Positions 24,850-33,955 of a DNA stretch of 44,371 bases are shown here, in pieces; positions within the stretch are counted from its first letter, which is position 1, and every line of letters starts with the position of its first letter. The stretch is from sequence record OL362273.1; one strand, 5' to 3'. The notes beneath the pieces were generated by a model. It saw only the letters and a program-made list of their open reading frames with translations. It was not told the DNA's origin and ran no database searches. Origin of the DNA: Escherichia phage 6949. Position numbers and translations under genes: made by a program.

Positions 24850-25244
24850 AATCATCGGAGGTAGCAGCTTATAAGAGGGAATTGCTAGAGAAGCAAGGAT
24901 GGAAGTGCCCCCTATGTGGCGGCAGTCTCAAGGCTGTTACTCCTATAAACCGTGTACTTGACCATGACCATGAGACAGGATTCTGCCGTGCTGTTGTATG
25001 CCGAGGCTGCAATGGTGCAGAAGGAAAGATTAAGGGTGTTATCTCTGGTTATGGTAAGGCTGGTAACAACCGTTACTTCCAGCTTCAATGGTTAGAGCGA
25101 CTATATGAATACTGGAAGTTACATAGTACGCCTCAGACAGATAAGTTATATCACAAACACCAAACGGAGGCAGAGAAGCGCGAGGCTAAGAACCGTAAGG
25201 CACGCCTTGCTTATGCAAGAAAGAAGGAGGTTAAAGTTGGGTAA
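24834..25244 (+). CDS. Endonuclease VII-like Holliday junction resolvase
   Basis: The motif CPLCGG...LDHDHETG...RAVVCRGCNGAEG matches the T4 endonuclease VII zinc/HNH-like core (C.IC...LDHDHE...RGLLC.LCN.AEG). Confidence 0.8.
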   Translation: MVSKLKSSEVAAYKRELLEKQGWKCPLCGGSLKAVTPINRVLDHDHETGFCRAVVCRGCNGAEGKIKGVISGYGKAGNNRYFQLQWLERLYEYWKLHSTPQTDKLYHKHQTEAEKREAKNRKARLAYARKKEVKVG

Positions 25245-26244
25245 GCTTCGCAGCTTGTACAAAGACTCCGAGGTACTTGATGCAATCGAGCAAGCTACCG
25301 ACGAGAAAGGTAATGTTAATTACAATGAGATGGCACGTGTATTATCGTGTCACCCTGTGGGTAAGAAGATTACCCGCCAGTTGGCTCGATACTGGCATGG
25401 TCAATTCAAGAAGACCAAGAAGAATGGTGATTATTACCAGACCCTTCTGCAAGAAGATAAGCGTATCAAAGAAGAGCGTAAGCTCAGGACTCCTGACCGC
25501 TACGAGGATTTGGCTATTGTGCCATTGCCTGACTCGCCTCATCGAAGTGTACTGGTGATCCCTGATACTCATGCACCTTATGAGCACCCAGATACCCTAG
25601 AGTTCCTTGCAGCCGTGGCAGCACGTTACCGTCCAGACACAGTGGTACACCTAGGAGATGAGGCAGACAAACATGCCTTGTCATTCCACGATTCGGACCC
25701 AAATCTGGATAGTGCTGGAATGGAGTTAGAGAAGGCTCGTATCTTCATGCACAAATTGCACAAGATGTTCCCTGTGATGCGCCTATGTCACTCCAACCAC
25801 GGCTCTATGCACTTCCGTAAGGCAAGCGCCAAGGGTATTCCAGTGCAATATCTTCGCACCTACCGTGAAGTCTTCTTCCCAAATGGAGGTGGCGACCAGT
25901 GGGATTGGCAGCATACACATGTTCTTGAGTTGCCGAATGGCGAACAGGTGGCATTCAAGCATCAACCTGCTGGCTCTGTCCTAGCAGATGCAGCGCATGA
26001 GCGTATGAACCTTGTGTGTGGTCACTTGCACGGTAAGATGTCTGTGGAGTACGCACGTAATACACATGAACAGTATTGGGCTGTGCAAGGTGGCTGCTTA
26101 ATTGATGAGTCATCCCGTGCATTTGCCTATGGGCGTGAGTCTAAATACAAGCCAGCATTAGGTTGTGTGGTTATTCTGGAGGGTGTACCTCATATTGTCC
26201 CGATGCAAACCAATAGCGACAACCGTTGGATTGGCAAGATTTAG
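25237..26244 (+). CDS. Calcineurin-like metallophosphoesterase
   Basis: The ordered motifs are PDTH (DxH), HLGDEAD (GDxxD), SNHG (GNH-like) and GHLHG (GHxH). I prefer the TTG start at 25237 because it follows RBS AAGGAGGT; the longer track ORF from 25105 overlaps the endonuclease VII gene. Confidence 0.7.
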   Translation: MGKLRSLYKDSEVLDAIEQATDEKGNVNYNEMARVLSCHPVGKKITRQLARYWHGQFKKTKKNGDYYQTLLQEDKRIKEERKLRTPDRYEDLAIVPLPDSPHRSVLVIPDTHAPYEHPDTLEFLAAVAARYRPDTVVHLGDEADKHALSFHDSDPNLDSAGMELEKARIFMHKLHKMFPVMRLCHSNHGSMHFRKASAKGIPVQYLRTYREVFFPNGGGDQWDWQHTHVLELPNGEQVAFKHQPAGSVLADAAHERMNLVCGHLHGKMSVEYARNTHEQYWAVQGGCLIDESSRAFAYGRESKYKPALGCVVILEGVPHIVPMQTNSDNRWIGKI

Positions 26245-26261
26245 TTGACACTATAGAACAA
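26239..26261 (+). promoter_or_regulatory. SP6-type phage promoter
   Basis: ATTTAGTTGACACTATA followed by GAACAA, which is very close to the canonical SP6 promoter. Confidence 0.8.
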
Positions 26262-26344
26262 AGGGCTAGATAAGACTTTATCGGCTGGCGTATCCAAATG
26301 ATATTGCACTAGCCCTTGATTGTATAGTGAATGGAGGATTCAAT

Positions 26345-26848
26345 ATGTCACACTATGAATGTAAGAAGTGTCATAAGCGTTATGATTACTGTACTTGTGG
26401 TCAAGAGAAAACATCTTTTAAAGTTGGAGACAAGGTATTTCGTAATGAAAAAGATTCTATTCCTTGGAATCAATTCTGCAAAGAAGCTGGTATTGACCCT
26501 GATAGCCCTGTAACCATAGATGATATTGATGGCATTAACTTGTGCTTTCGTGAGGTGAGGGGTACAGGTTGGGATTCCAAAAAATTCAAACTTGCATCTG
26601 ATAAGTTAGACAACAATATGGTAACTCAGCCTAAGCACTACGAGTTCTTTGATGGTGTAGAGGCAATCACTATCATTGCCCGCAGTATGACTGAAAAGCA
26701 ATTCGCTGGGTACTGCATGGGTAATACCCTTAAGTATCGCCTGCGTGCAGGTAAGAAGTTCAATACTGAAGAAGACTTGAAGAAGGCAGACTATTATAAA
26801 GAGTTATTCCAGAAGCATCGTCACGAATGTATTGATGAGGATATTTAA
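26345..26848 (+). CDS. Hypothetical protein with N-terminal Cys cluster and a conserved phage domain of unknown function
   Basis: ATG 26345 follows RBS GGAGGA; the track start is a GTG. The N-terminus has CKKCHKRYDYCTC, and the C-terminal block reads PKHYEFFDGVEAITII....F..YCMGNTLKYRLRAGKK. Confidence 0.6.
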   Translation: MSHYECKKCHKRYDYCTCGQEKTSFKVGDKVFRNEKDSIPWNQFCKEAGIDPDSPVTIDDIDGINLCFREVRGTGWDSKKFKLASDKLDNNMVTQPKHYEFFDGVEAITIIARSMTEKQFAGYCMGNTLKYRLRAGKKFNTEEDLKKADYYKELFQKHRHECIDEDI

Positions 26849-26849
26849 T

Positions 26850-27023
26850 ATGGAAGGTAAACTGTATAGAGGGTACTTCGGTAACTTATATAAAGTAAGC
26901 TCTCGCGGTTTTGTATTGACCTCTGATGATGAAGGTGCAATGTGGCACCTAAGTGCATATGGTTCTAACTTAGCACACTTTAAAGAGGCAATAGTCAAAG
27001 GTGTGATGAAGGAGGTGAAATGA
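26850..27023 (+). CDS. Small hypothetical protein (57 aa)
   Basis: ATG 26850 is coupled to the upstream stop and is in frame within track ORF 26832-27023. Confidence 0.45.
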   Translation: MEGKLYRGYFGNLYKVSSRGFVLTSDDEGAMWHLSAYGSNLAHFKEAIVKGVMKEVK

Positions 27024-27967
27024 ACATCTTCCAATTCCTAGGTCTTCCAGAAGACCACCGCAATCATCCATTCATGCTGGTGAAGCATCGCGGTGAAGTT
27101 CCTGAGAAGAAATTAACTTTTCCATGTTATGCACAGGTGAAACGAGATGGAATATTCAGTGCTGTTGTGGTGCGTAATGATGGTGTTGTTGCCATCTTTG
27201 GTCGTACTGGTAAGAAGCTCGCAAATGTTGAAGCCTTGGAAAAGACATTTAGTGTATTTCCTGTCGGGTTGTATCTTGGTGAGTTGCAATCTATGGCTGT
27301 TGATGTTTATCTTGAAGCTCTGTCAGGAGTGGTAAACCCTAATCGTACAGAGCCACTTGATTTCATAGGGCAGCAGATTAAAGACAACCTATATATCGAC
27401 TTCTTCGATATGTTAACCATTAAGGCATTCCATGATGGATTCACTGATGTTTCTTATCTCAAACGTTACGATGCTTTACATCGTCGCATCGGCACTCATC
27501 TTAGCGGGTACAACGCTATTCTTCCTATTACTCCTTGCCATAATGAGCGAGAGGTTGAAGCGTTTGCTCAAGAGCAAATAGATGCAGGCAGAGAAGGTGC
27601 GGTATTTAAACTTGACGTGGAGTACGAAAGTGGGCACAAGGGCTATCGTCAAACGAAGATTGTTCGTATGGTATCTTATGACCTCACCTGCATTGGGTGG
27701 GAGGAAGGAAAAGGTAAGTATAAAGGTAAAGTAGCTAATTTAATCTTTAAATGGAAAGGTGGTAAGTCCGTTAAGGCTATGCTGGGGCGTGGCTGGTCAC
27801 ATGAGGATGCAGCACAGATGTATCACGATATTAAGCACGGTGGCGAACTAAACGTCATTGGGAAAATCTTCGCTGTTAAGGCGTTACAGGAATCTAGTAA
27901 GGGAGTCCTGAGACTCCCCAAGGTTTCTGAACTTAGGTTTGATAAGGAAGTCCCTGATGTCTTCTAA
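27020..27967 (+). CDS. ATP-dependent DNA ligase (T7 gp1.3-like)
   Basis: RBS AAGGAGGTG precedes the ATG. The adenylation motif I is present as KRDG (AQVKRDGIFSAV), together with EGAVFK. The size fits phage ligases. Confidence 0.9.
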   Translation: MNIFQFLGLPEDHRNHPFMLVKHRGEVPEKKLTFPCYAQVKRDGIFSAVVVRNDGVVAIFGRTGKKLANVEALEKTFSVFPVGLYLGELQSMAVDVYLEALSGVVNPNRTEPLDFIGQQIKDNLYIDFFDMLTIKAFHDGFTDVSYLKRYDALHRRIGTHLSGYNAILPITPCHNEREVEAFAQEQIDAGREGAVFKLDVEYESGHKGYRQTKIVRMVSYDLTCIGWEEGKGKYKGKVANLIFKWKGGKSVKAMLGRGWSHEDAAQMYHDIKHGGELNVIGKIFAVKALQESSKGVLRLPKVSELRFDKEVPDVF

Positions 27968-28442
27968 TCCAAATTATCGAAAACCACCTCGTACACCGCC
28001 AAGACCACTTGCCTACTGTCCTTTTACTGGAAAGCTTTTCCGTAAGTTCAAAGATGGCTGGAGAGAAACAGGACTTAGCAGAAAGAGTGATGGATATTTA
28101 CAGTATAAAGTCGATGGTAAGACTGTAAGTGTTCATGTTTTAGCAATGAATATGATGGGTTATGACACTACCGGCTTTACAGTAGATCACATAAATCATA
28201 TACGCTGGGATAATAGGTTTATTAATCTACGTCTACTATCTCATAAAGATAATTGTTTAAATAGAGAGGCGATACATACAAGTAAGCTGCCGAGTGGTAA
28301 CTACAGAGCGCGATGTGGAAATGTTCATCTTGGCGTATTTGAGGATAAGTTACTTGCTCGTGGTGCTATCCTATGGTATCGCCATAGGAGATTTAATAAT
28401 GTTAAATTCAATGAAGGCAACGCGTGCCGTAGAAGTAGCTGA
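27957..28442 (+). CDS. HNH homing endonuclease
   Basis: The motif SVHVLAMNMMGYDTTGFTVDHINHIRWDNRFINLRLLSHKDN is an HNH signature. The ORF overlaps both neighbours, as a compact insertion would. Confidence 0.8.
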   Translation: MSSNPNYRKPPRTPPRPLAYCPFTGKLFRKFKDGWRETGLSRKSDGYLQYKVDGKTVSVHVLAMNMMGYDTTGFTVDHINHIRWDNRFINLRLLSHKDNCLNREAIHTSKLPSGNYRARCGNVHLGVFEDKLLARGAILWYRHRRFNNVKFNEGNACRRSS

Positions 28443-28593
28443 AGCTATATTTGAAACTTTATCCTGTGGCATGGAAGTGCCATATACTTTACTGGCTGAT
28501 GCAGAAGAACTTGGTCTTTCTGTAGAAGCTATCCAAGAGAAGGTTGACGAATTATATGGTACAGACGAAGAAGAAACCGACGATTTCATTTGA
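28399..28593 (+). CDS. Small acidic hypothetical protein (64 aa)
   Basis: RBS AGGAG lies 8 nt upstream of ATG 28399. The C-terminus is acidic (EEETDDFI). The 5' end overlaps the HNH gene. Confidence 0.45.
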   Translation: MLNSMKATRAVEVAEAIFETLSCGMEVPYTLLADAEELGLSVEAIQEKVDELYGTDEEETDDFI

Positions 28594-28597
28594 AGGA

Positions 28598-28726
28598 ATG
28601 GAGATGCTTGAGATGATTCTCAAGCCTTCTTCTCCTAAGGTGACTAAGACTCATGAAGAGTTAATCGTTGATGAGGTTAAGCGTTACATCATGGATTGTG
28701 TCAGAGCACAACTGGTGATCCAATGA
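28598..28726 (+). CDS. Small hypothetical ORF (start uncertain)
   Basis: Several in-frame ATGs (28598, 28604, 28613) lie near a GAAGGA/GGAG RBS. The stop overlaps the GNAT start (ATGA). Confidence 0.3.
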   Translation: MEMLEMILKPSSPKVTKTHEELIVDEVKRYIMDCVRAQLVIQ

Positions 28727-29184
28727 TACGTCCAGCTTCCTTCCTAGATATTCCTGAGATTATAAACCTTGGGAATAAATATGTGGAAGAGGAAGTCAAG
28801 GTTGTAGCCCACCACTCAGCCTCATGGAATGCAGAACAAAGTGCACATAACCTTTGTGCATCTCTTAGTAGAGAAGATTTATTCCTATGGGTTGCTGTAG
28901 ATGAAGGGCAGATTGTAGGGTTCCTGTGGGCTGGCTATCACGAGTTGGCCCCTTGGACACCTGTAAGAGTTGCCTCTGACATTCTCTTTTATATTATACC
29001 AGAGAGGCGAGGAACACTTCTTGGTATGCGTCTCATCAAAGCCCTAAAGCAATGGGCTAGTGATAATGAATGCTCTGAGGTTCGCCTGTCTATCGCCTCT
29101 GGTATTAATGAAGAACGTGTCGGACGTATGTATAAGCGACTTGGCTTTGAACCGTTTGGCACTGTGTATAACATGAAGTTCTAA
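28723..29184 (+). CDS. GNAT family N-acetyltransferase
   Basis: The acetyl-CoA binding motif A is present (QIVGFLWAG ... RRGTLLGMRLIKALKQWA), followed by the RLGFEP motif. ATG 28723 is coupled to the upstream stop. Confidence 0.72.
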   Translation: MIRPASFLDIPEIINLGNKYVEEEVKVVAHHSASWNAEQSAHNLCASLSREDLFLWVAVDEGQIVGFLWAGYHELAPWTPVRVASDILFYIIPERRGTLLGMRLIKALKQWASDNECSEVRLSIASGINEERVGRMYKRLGFEPFGTVYNMKF

Positions 29185-29193
29185 GGAGATAAC

Positions 29194-29403
29194 ATGGGTG
29201 TTGTAAAGAAAGCATTTAAGGCTATCGGTCTTGCTCAAGATGCACCACGTATTGAAGCCAAAGTACCAGCACAGCAGCTTGAGCGTAAGCCTGAGACTGA
29301 AGCTGAAGATATTCAAATTGGTGCAGGTGGTGATGATGCGACTGCATCTGCAAAAGGTAAGCGCGGCCTTGTCCGTCCGGTAGCTTCTAGCTTGAAGGTG
29401 TAA
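29194..29403 (+). CDS. Small Gly/Ala-rich protein upstream of portal (possible minor virion protein)
   Basis: RBS AAGGAG precedes the ATG. It is position-equivalent to the small head proteins of T7 (the 6.7/7.3 region). The assignment is by position only. Confidence 0.45.
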   Translation: MGVVKKAFKAIGLAQDAPRIEAKVPAQQLERKPETEAEDIQIGAGGDDATASAKGKRGLVRPVASSLKV

Positions 29404-29404
29404 T

Positions 29405-30955
29405 ATGAAACAGAGCACAGATTTGGAGTATGGAGGTAAGCGGTCTAAGATACCTAAGCTATGGGAGAAATTCTCCACTAAACGTAGCTCTTTCCTTGAT
29501 AGGGCGAAGCATTACTCCAAATTAACCTTGCCCTATCTGATGAATGACAAAGGTGATAACGAGACTTCGCAGAATGGATGGCAAGGTGTAGGTGCTCAGG
29601 CAACCAACCATCTAGCCAACAAGCTAGCGCAAGTACTATTCCCTGCACAGCGTTCCTTCTTCCGTGTAGACTTAACTGCACAAGGTGAGAAGGTTCTTAA
29701 TCAGCGTGGCCTGAAGAAGACAGAGCTAGCTACCATCTTCGCTCAAGTGGAAACACGGGCAATGAAAGAGTTAGAGCAACGTCAATTCCGACCTGCTGTA
29801 GTAGAAGCATTTAAGCATCTTATTGTTGCTGGCAGCTGTATGCTATACAAGCCGAGCAAAGGTGCAATCAGTGCTATCCCAATGCATCACTACGTAGTTA
29901 ACCGTGATACCAATGGCGACCTGTTAGACATTATCTTGCTACAAGAGAAAGCCTTACGTACCTTTGACCCAGCTACACGTGCTGTAGTAGAGGTTGGCCT
30001 GAAAGGTAAGAAGTGCAAAGAAGATGACAGCGTTAAGCTGTACACACATGCTAAGTATCTTGGTGATGGATTTTGGGAACTCAAGCAATCTGCTGATGAT
30101 ATCCCTGTGGGTAAGGTGAGTAAAATCAAATCAGAAAAGCTACCTTTCATCCCATTAACTTGGAAGCGAAGCTATGGTGAGGATTGGGGTCGCCCTCTTG
30201 CAGAGGATTACTCCGGTGATTTATTCGTTATCCAATTCTTATCTGAAGCGGTTGCCCGTGGTGCTGCGCTGATGGCAGATATCAAGTACCTGATTCGTCC
30301 GGGTGCTCAAACTGATGTTGACCACTTTGTTAACTCTGGCACTGGTGAGGTTATCACTGGTGTAGAAGAAGACATCCATATTGTACAGTTAGGTAAGTAT
30401 GCAGATCTCACACCCATTAGCGCGGTTCTAGAGGTATACACTCGCCGTATCGGTGTTGTCTTCATGATGGAGACAATGACACGCCGTGACGCCGAACGTG
30501 TTACTGCTGTAGAAATCCAGCGAGATGCGTTAGAGATTGAGCAGAACATGGGTGGTGTATACTCCCTCTTTGCTACTACTATGCAATCGCCAGTAGCGAT
30601 GTGGGGTCTGCTGGAGGCAGGGGAGTCCTTCACTAGTGACCTAGTGGACCCTGTGATTATCACAGGTATTGAAGCTTTAGGACGCATGGCTGAGTTGGAT
30701 AAACTGGCTAACTTTGCTCAGTATATGTCACTGCCATTACAATGGCCTGAGCCTGTCCTAGCTGCTGTGAAATGGCCTGACTATATGGATTGGGTGCGTG
30801 GTCAAATCTCTGCTGAACTGCCGTTCCTTAAATCAGCTGAAGAGATGGCACAAGAACAGGAAGCACAGATGCAAGCACAGCAAGCACAGATGCTTGAAGA
30901 AGGTGTGGCTAAGGCCGTGCCGGGTGTAATTCAACAAGAACTTAAGGAGGCGTAA
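29405..30955 (+). CDS. Head-tail connector (portal) protein (T7 gp8-like)
   Basis: A 516 aa ORF in the gp8 position, immediately upstream of scaffold and capsid. Its C-terminus is acidic and Gln-rich. Confidence 0.88.
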   Translation: MKQSTDLEYGGKRSKIPKLWEKFSTKRSSFLDRAKHYSKLTLPYLMNDKGDNETSQNGWQGVGAQATNHLANKLAQVLFPAQRSFFRVDLTAQGEKVLNQRGLKKTELATIFAQVETRAMKELEQRQFRPAVVEAFKHLIVAGSCMLYKPSKGAISAIPMHHYVVNRDTNGDLLDIILLQEKALRTFDPATRAVVEVGLKGKKCKEDDSVKLYTHAKYLGDGFWELKQSADDIPVGKVSKIKSEKLPFIPLTWKRSYGEDWGRPLAEDYSGDLFVIQFLSEAVARGAALMADIKYLIRPGAQTDVDHFVNSGTGEVITGVEEDIHIVQLGKYADLTPISAVLEVYTRRIGVVFMMETMTRRDAERVTAVEIQRDALEIEQNMGGVYSLFATTMQSPVAMWGLLEAGESFTSDLVDPVIITGIEALGRMAELDKLANFAQYMSLPLQWPEPVLAAVKWPDYMDWVRGQISAELPFLKSAEEMAQEQEAQMQAQQAQMLEEGVAKAVPGVIQQELKEA

Positions 30956-31875
30956 TGTCTTTCTCATTTACTGAACCGTCAACCACTCACCCTACTACTG
31001 AAGAGGGTCCGGTAGAAACCAAGGAGGTAACAACTGATGCTGCTACTACTGATGCTACTGCTGACGCTGGCACTGCTGTACAAGATGACAATGCTGGTGC
31101 ACAACCTACTGAAGACACCGGAGGAGAAGCTTCTGGACAGCCTTCAGAAAAAGGAGACAATGGCGGAGAGAATGGTGAATCTAAGCCAGATGATACCGCG
31201 ACCGACACTGAGGAAGTGCAATACTTCTTCGGAGAACATGAAGTAACAATAGACATCCCACAGGATGTAACTGACAGCCTTAAAGAGAAAGGCATTGATG
31301 CCAAGCAGGTTGCCAAGGAACTATATTCCAAAGGTGGCAAGTTTGAACTGTCAGATGCAACCAAGCAGAAATTGTATGATGCTTTTGGCAAGTTTGCGGT
31401 AGATGCTTACCTGTCAGGTCTTAAGGCTCAAAATGAAGCCTTCTTCCTGAAAGAAGCCAACGCAGCTAAAGAGTTGGAAGCAGCTAACACCCAACGCTTC
31501 TCTGATGTTTCTAAGGAAATTGGTGGCGAAGAAGGTTGGTCCCGTCTTGAGGAGTGGGCGCTTGAAACGCTATCCGATGACGAACTCACGGCATTCAATG
31601 CTGTGATGGAGTCTGGCAACCAGTACCTCCAGCAGTACGCTGTGCGTGAACTGGAGAGCCGCCGTAAGGCTGCACAGGGTGATGATAGGCCATCCCTGAT
31701 TGAGCCATCAGCACCTGCTAAGGCTAATGAAGAGAATGGCCCACTGACGCGAGATCAGTACGTTCAAGCAATCGCAACTCTTAGCCAGAAGTACGGCAAT
31801 GACCGTAAAGCTATGGCAGAAGCTCAGGCTAAACTGGACGCCCGTCGCCGTGCTGGCATGGCTCGCGGTATCTAA
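30955..31875 (+). CDS. Capsid assembly scaffolding protein (T7 gp9-like)
   Basis: A highly acidic, low-complexity N-terminal half and a helical C-terminal half, lying between portal and capsid. RBS AAGGAGG precedes the ATG. Confidence 0.75.
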   Translation: MSFSFTEPSTTHPTTEEGPVETKEVTTDAATTDATADAGTAVQDDNAGAQPTEDTGGEASGQPSEKGDNGGENGESKPDDTATDTEEVQYFFGEHEVTIDIPQDVTDSLKEKGIDAKQVAKELYSKGGKFELSDATKQKLYDAFGKFAVDAYLSGLKAQNEAFFLKEANAAKELEAANTQRFSDVSKEIGGEEGWSRLEEWALETLSDDELTAFNAVMESGNQYLQQYAVRELESRRKAAQGDDRPSLIEPSAPAKANEENGPLTRDQYVQAIATLSQKYGNDRKAMAEAQAKLDARRRAGMARGI

Positions 31876-31882
31876 TTCAGTA

Positions 31883-31905
31883 TTTACTGGACACTATAGA
31901 AGGGA
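31883..31905 (+). promoter_or_regulatory. SP6-type phage promoter for the capsid gene (phi10 analog)
   Basis: ATTTACTGGACACTATA followed by GAAGGG, with the predicted +1 G at 31900. A leader stem-loop GGGAGAA-AAG-TTCTCCC follows at 31902-31918. Confidence 0.85.
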
Positions 31906-31954
31906 GAAAAGTTCTCCCTAGTTATCAATTTGATTTATAAGGAGATTATAATAC

Positions 31955-33163
31955 ATGTCTACACCGAATACTCTGACTAACGTTGCTGTATCTGCATCCG
32001 GTGAGGTTGACAGCCTTCTCATTGAGAAGTTTAATGGTAAGGTCAATGAGCAGTACCTGAAAGGTGAGAACATTCTGTCCTACTTTGATGTACAAACTGT
32101 TACTGGCACTAACACAGTGAGCAACAAATATTTGGGCGAAACTGAGTTGCAGGTGCTAGCACCGGGTCAGTCTCCTAATGCCACCCCTACTCAGGCGGAT
32201 AAAAACCAGTTGGTAATTGATACCACTGTCATTGCTCGTAACACTGTGGCTCACATCCACGATGTACAAGGTGACATCGATAGCCTGAAACCAAAATTGG
32301 CTATGAACCAAGCCAAGCAACTGAAACGTCTGGAAGACCAGATGGCAATTCAGCAGATGCTGTTAGGCGGTATTGCTAACACCAAGGCCAAACGTAACAA
32401 GCCGCGTGTTAAAGGGCATGGCTTCTCTATCAACGTTAACGTAACTGAGAGTGAAGCACTGGCTAACCCTCAGTATGTTATGGCTGCGGTAGAGTATGCT
32501 CTGGAGCAACAGCTTGAGCAGGAAGTGGACATCTCTGATGTAGCTATCATGATGCCGTGGAAGTTCTTCAATGCTCTGCGTGATGCAGACCGAATTGTAG
32601 ATAAGACTTACACTATCAGCCAGTCTGGTGCAACCATTAATGGCTTCGTTCTCTCTTCTTATAACTGCCCTGTGATCCCGTCTAACCGATTCCCTACCTT
32701 CGCTCAGAATCAGGCTCACCACCTGTTGTCTAATGAAGATAACGGCTATCGTTATGACCCTATCGCAGAGATGAATGGTGCAGTTGCTGTTCTGTTCACT
32801 GCCGACGCACTGCTGGTGGGTCGTACCATTGAAGTGACTGGTGACATCTTCTATGAGAAGAAAGAGAAGACTTATTACATTGACACCTTCATGGCTGAGG
32901 GTGCAATCCCTGACCGTTGGGAAGCAGTGTCTGTAGTTACCACTAAACGTAATGCAACTACTGGTGCTGCTGAAGTTTCTGGTGATGATCACGCAACCGT
33001 ACTGGCTCGTGCACAGCGTAAGGCTGTATATGTCAAAACCGAAGGTGCTGCGGCTGCATTCTCTGCTGCCCCAGCAGGTATCCAAGCGGAAGACCTTGTA
33101 GCGGCGGTACGTGCTGTAATGGCAAATGACATTAAGCCGACTGCAATGAAACCTACTGAGTAA
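31955..33163 (+). CDS. Major capsid protein (T7 gp10-like)
   Basis: A 402 aa ORF with RBS AAGGAG, bracketed by a strong promoter with a stabilising leader hairpin and a strong terminator. Confidence 0.9.
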   Translation: MSTPNTLTNVAVSASGEVDSLLIEKFNGKVNEQYLKGENILSYFDVQTVTGTNTVSNKYLGETELQVLAPGQSPNATPTQADKNQLVIDTTVIARNTVAHIHDVQGDIDSLKPKLAMNQAKQLKRLEDQMAIQQMLLGGIANTKAKRNKPRVKGHGFSINVNVTESEALANPQYVMAAVEYALEQQLEQEVDISDVAIMMPWKFFNALRDADRIVDKTYTISQSGATINGFVLSSYNCPVIPSNRFPTFAQNQAHHLLSNEDNGYRYDPIAEMNGAVAVLFTADALLVGRTIEVTGDIFYEKKEKTYYIDTFMAEGAIPDRWEAVSVVTTKRNATTGAAEVSGDDHATVLARAQRKAVYVKTEGAAAAFSAAPAGIQAEDLVAAVRAVMANDIKPTAMKPTE

Positions 33164-33171
33164 CACCTATG

Positions 33172-33207
33172 CCCTATCTACCTTGCGTAGGTAGGGTTCT
33201 TTTTGTT
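33172..33207 (+). terminator. Intrinsic terminator after the capsid gene (T-phi analog)
   Basis: The 9 bp stem CCCUAUCUA / UAGGUAGGG (one G-U pair) encloses a 7 nt loop and is followed by TTCTTTTTGTT. Confidence 0.7.
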
Positions 33208-33217
33208 AGGAGGATTC

Positions 33218-33955
33218 ATGCCTGTAATTAGACAAACCAGTAAATTAGGACATATGATGGAAGATGTGGCCTTCCAGATTATTGATAGTAAGCTGGAAGC
33301 GGTAAACTTGTGTATGCGAGCTATTGGTCGTGAGGGTGTGGATTCCCTCGACTCAGGGGACTTGGACGCAGAAGATGCAAGCAAAATGATCGACATCGTA
33401 TCCCAGCGGTTCCAGTACAACAAAGGAGGTGGCTGGTGGTTCAATCGTGAACCAAACTGGCAACTTGCACCAGACACTAACGGTGAAGTTAATTTACCTA
33501 ACAACTGCCTAGCAGTATTGCAGTGTTATGCTTTAGGTGAAAAGAAAGTACCTATGACTATGCGAGCAGGTAAGCTCTACTCTACTTGGAGTCACACCTT
33601 TGATATGCGTAAGCATGTTAATGCTAATGGTATGATTCGTCTTACCTTACTCACCTTACTACCCTACGAGCATCTACCTACAAGTGTAATGCAGGCTATT
33701 GCCTATCAAGCTGCTGTAGAGTTTATTGTGTCTAAGGATGCAGATCAGACTAAGCTAGCCACTGCGCAGCAGATAGCCACTCAGCTTCTTATGGATGTAC
33801 AATCTGAGCAAATGTCACAGAAGCGATTAAACATGCTGGTACATAACCCTACTCAGCGTCAGTTTGGTATCATGGCTGGTGGCTCTCAGAATGTACCTGC
33901 TTACTCTCATTCACCTTATGAGAGTTGGGCGCTCCGTCCGTGGGAGGATCGTTAA
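33218..33955 (+). CDS. Tail tubular protein A (T7 gp11-like)
   Basis: ATG 33218 follows RBS AGGAGG. It is coupled to the next gene through TAATG. Confidence 0.8.
   Translation: MPVIRQTSKLGHMMEDVAFQIIDSKLEAVNLCMRAIGREGVDSLDSGDLDAEDASKMIDIVSQRFQYNKGGGWWFNREPNWQLAPDTNGEVNLPNNCLAVLQCYALGEKKVPMTMRAGKLYSTWSHTFDMRKHVNANGMIRLTLLTLLPYEHLPTSVMQAIAYQAAVEFIVSKDADQTKLATAQQIATQLLMDVQSEQMSQKRLNMLVHNPTQRQFGIMAGGSQNVPAYSHSPYESWALRPWEDR

Noticed and set aside
32363-33166. 267 aa ORF on the minus strand
   Set aside because: It lies entirely antisense to the major capsid gene. It is a typical shadow ORF.
33100-33207. Programmed frameshift extension of the capsid gene (T7 10A/10B style)
   Set aside because: I found no slippery heptamer near the capsid 3' end, and the terminator hairpin follows the stop codon directly.
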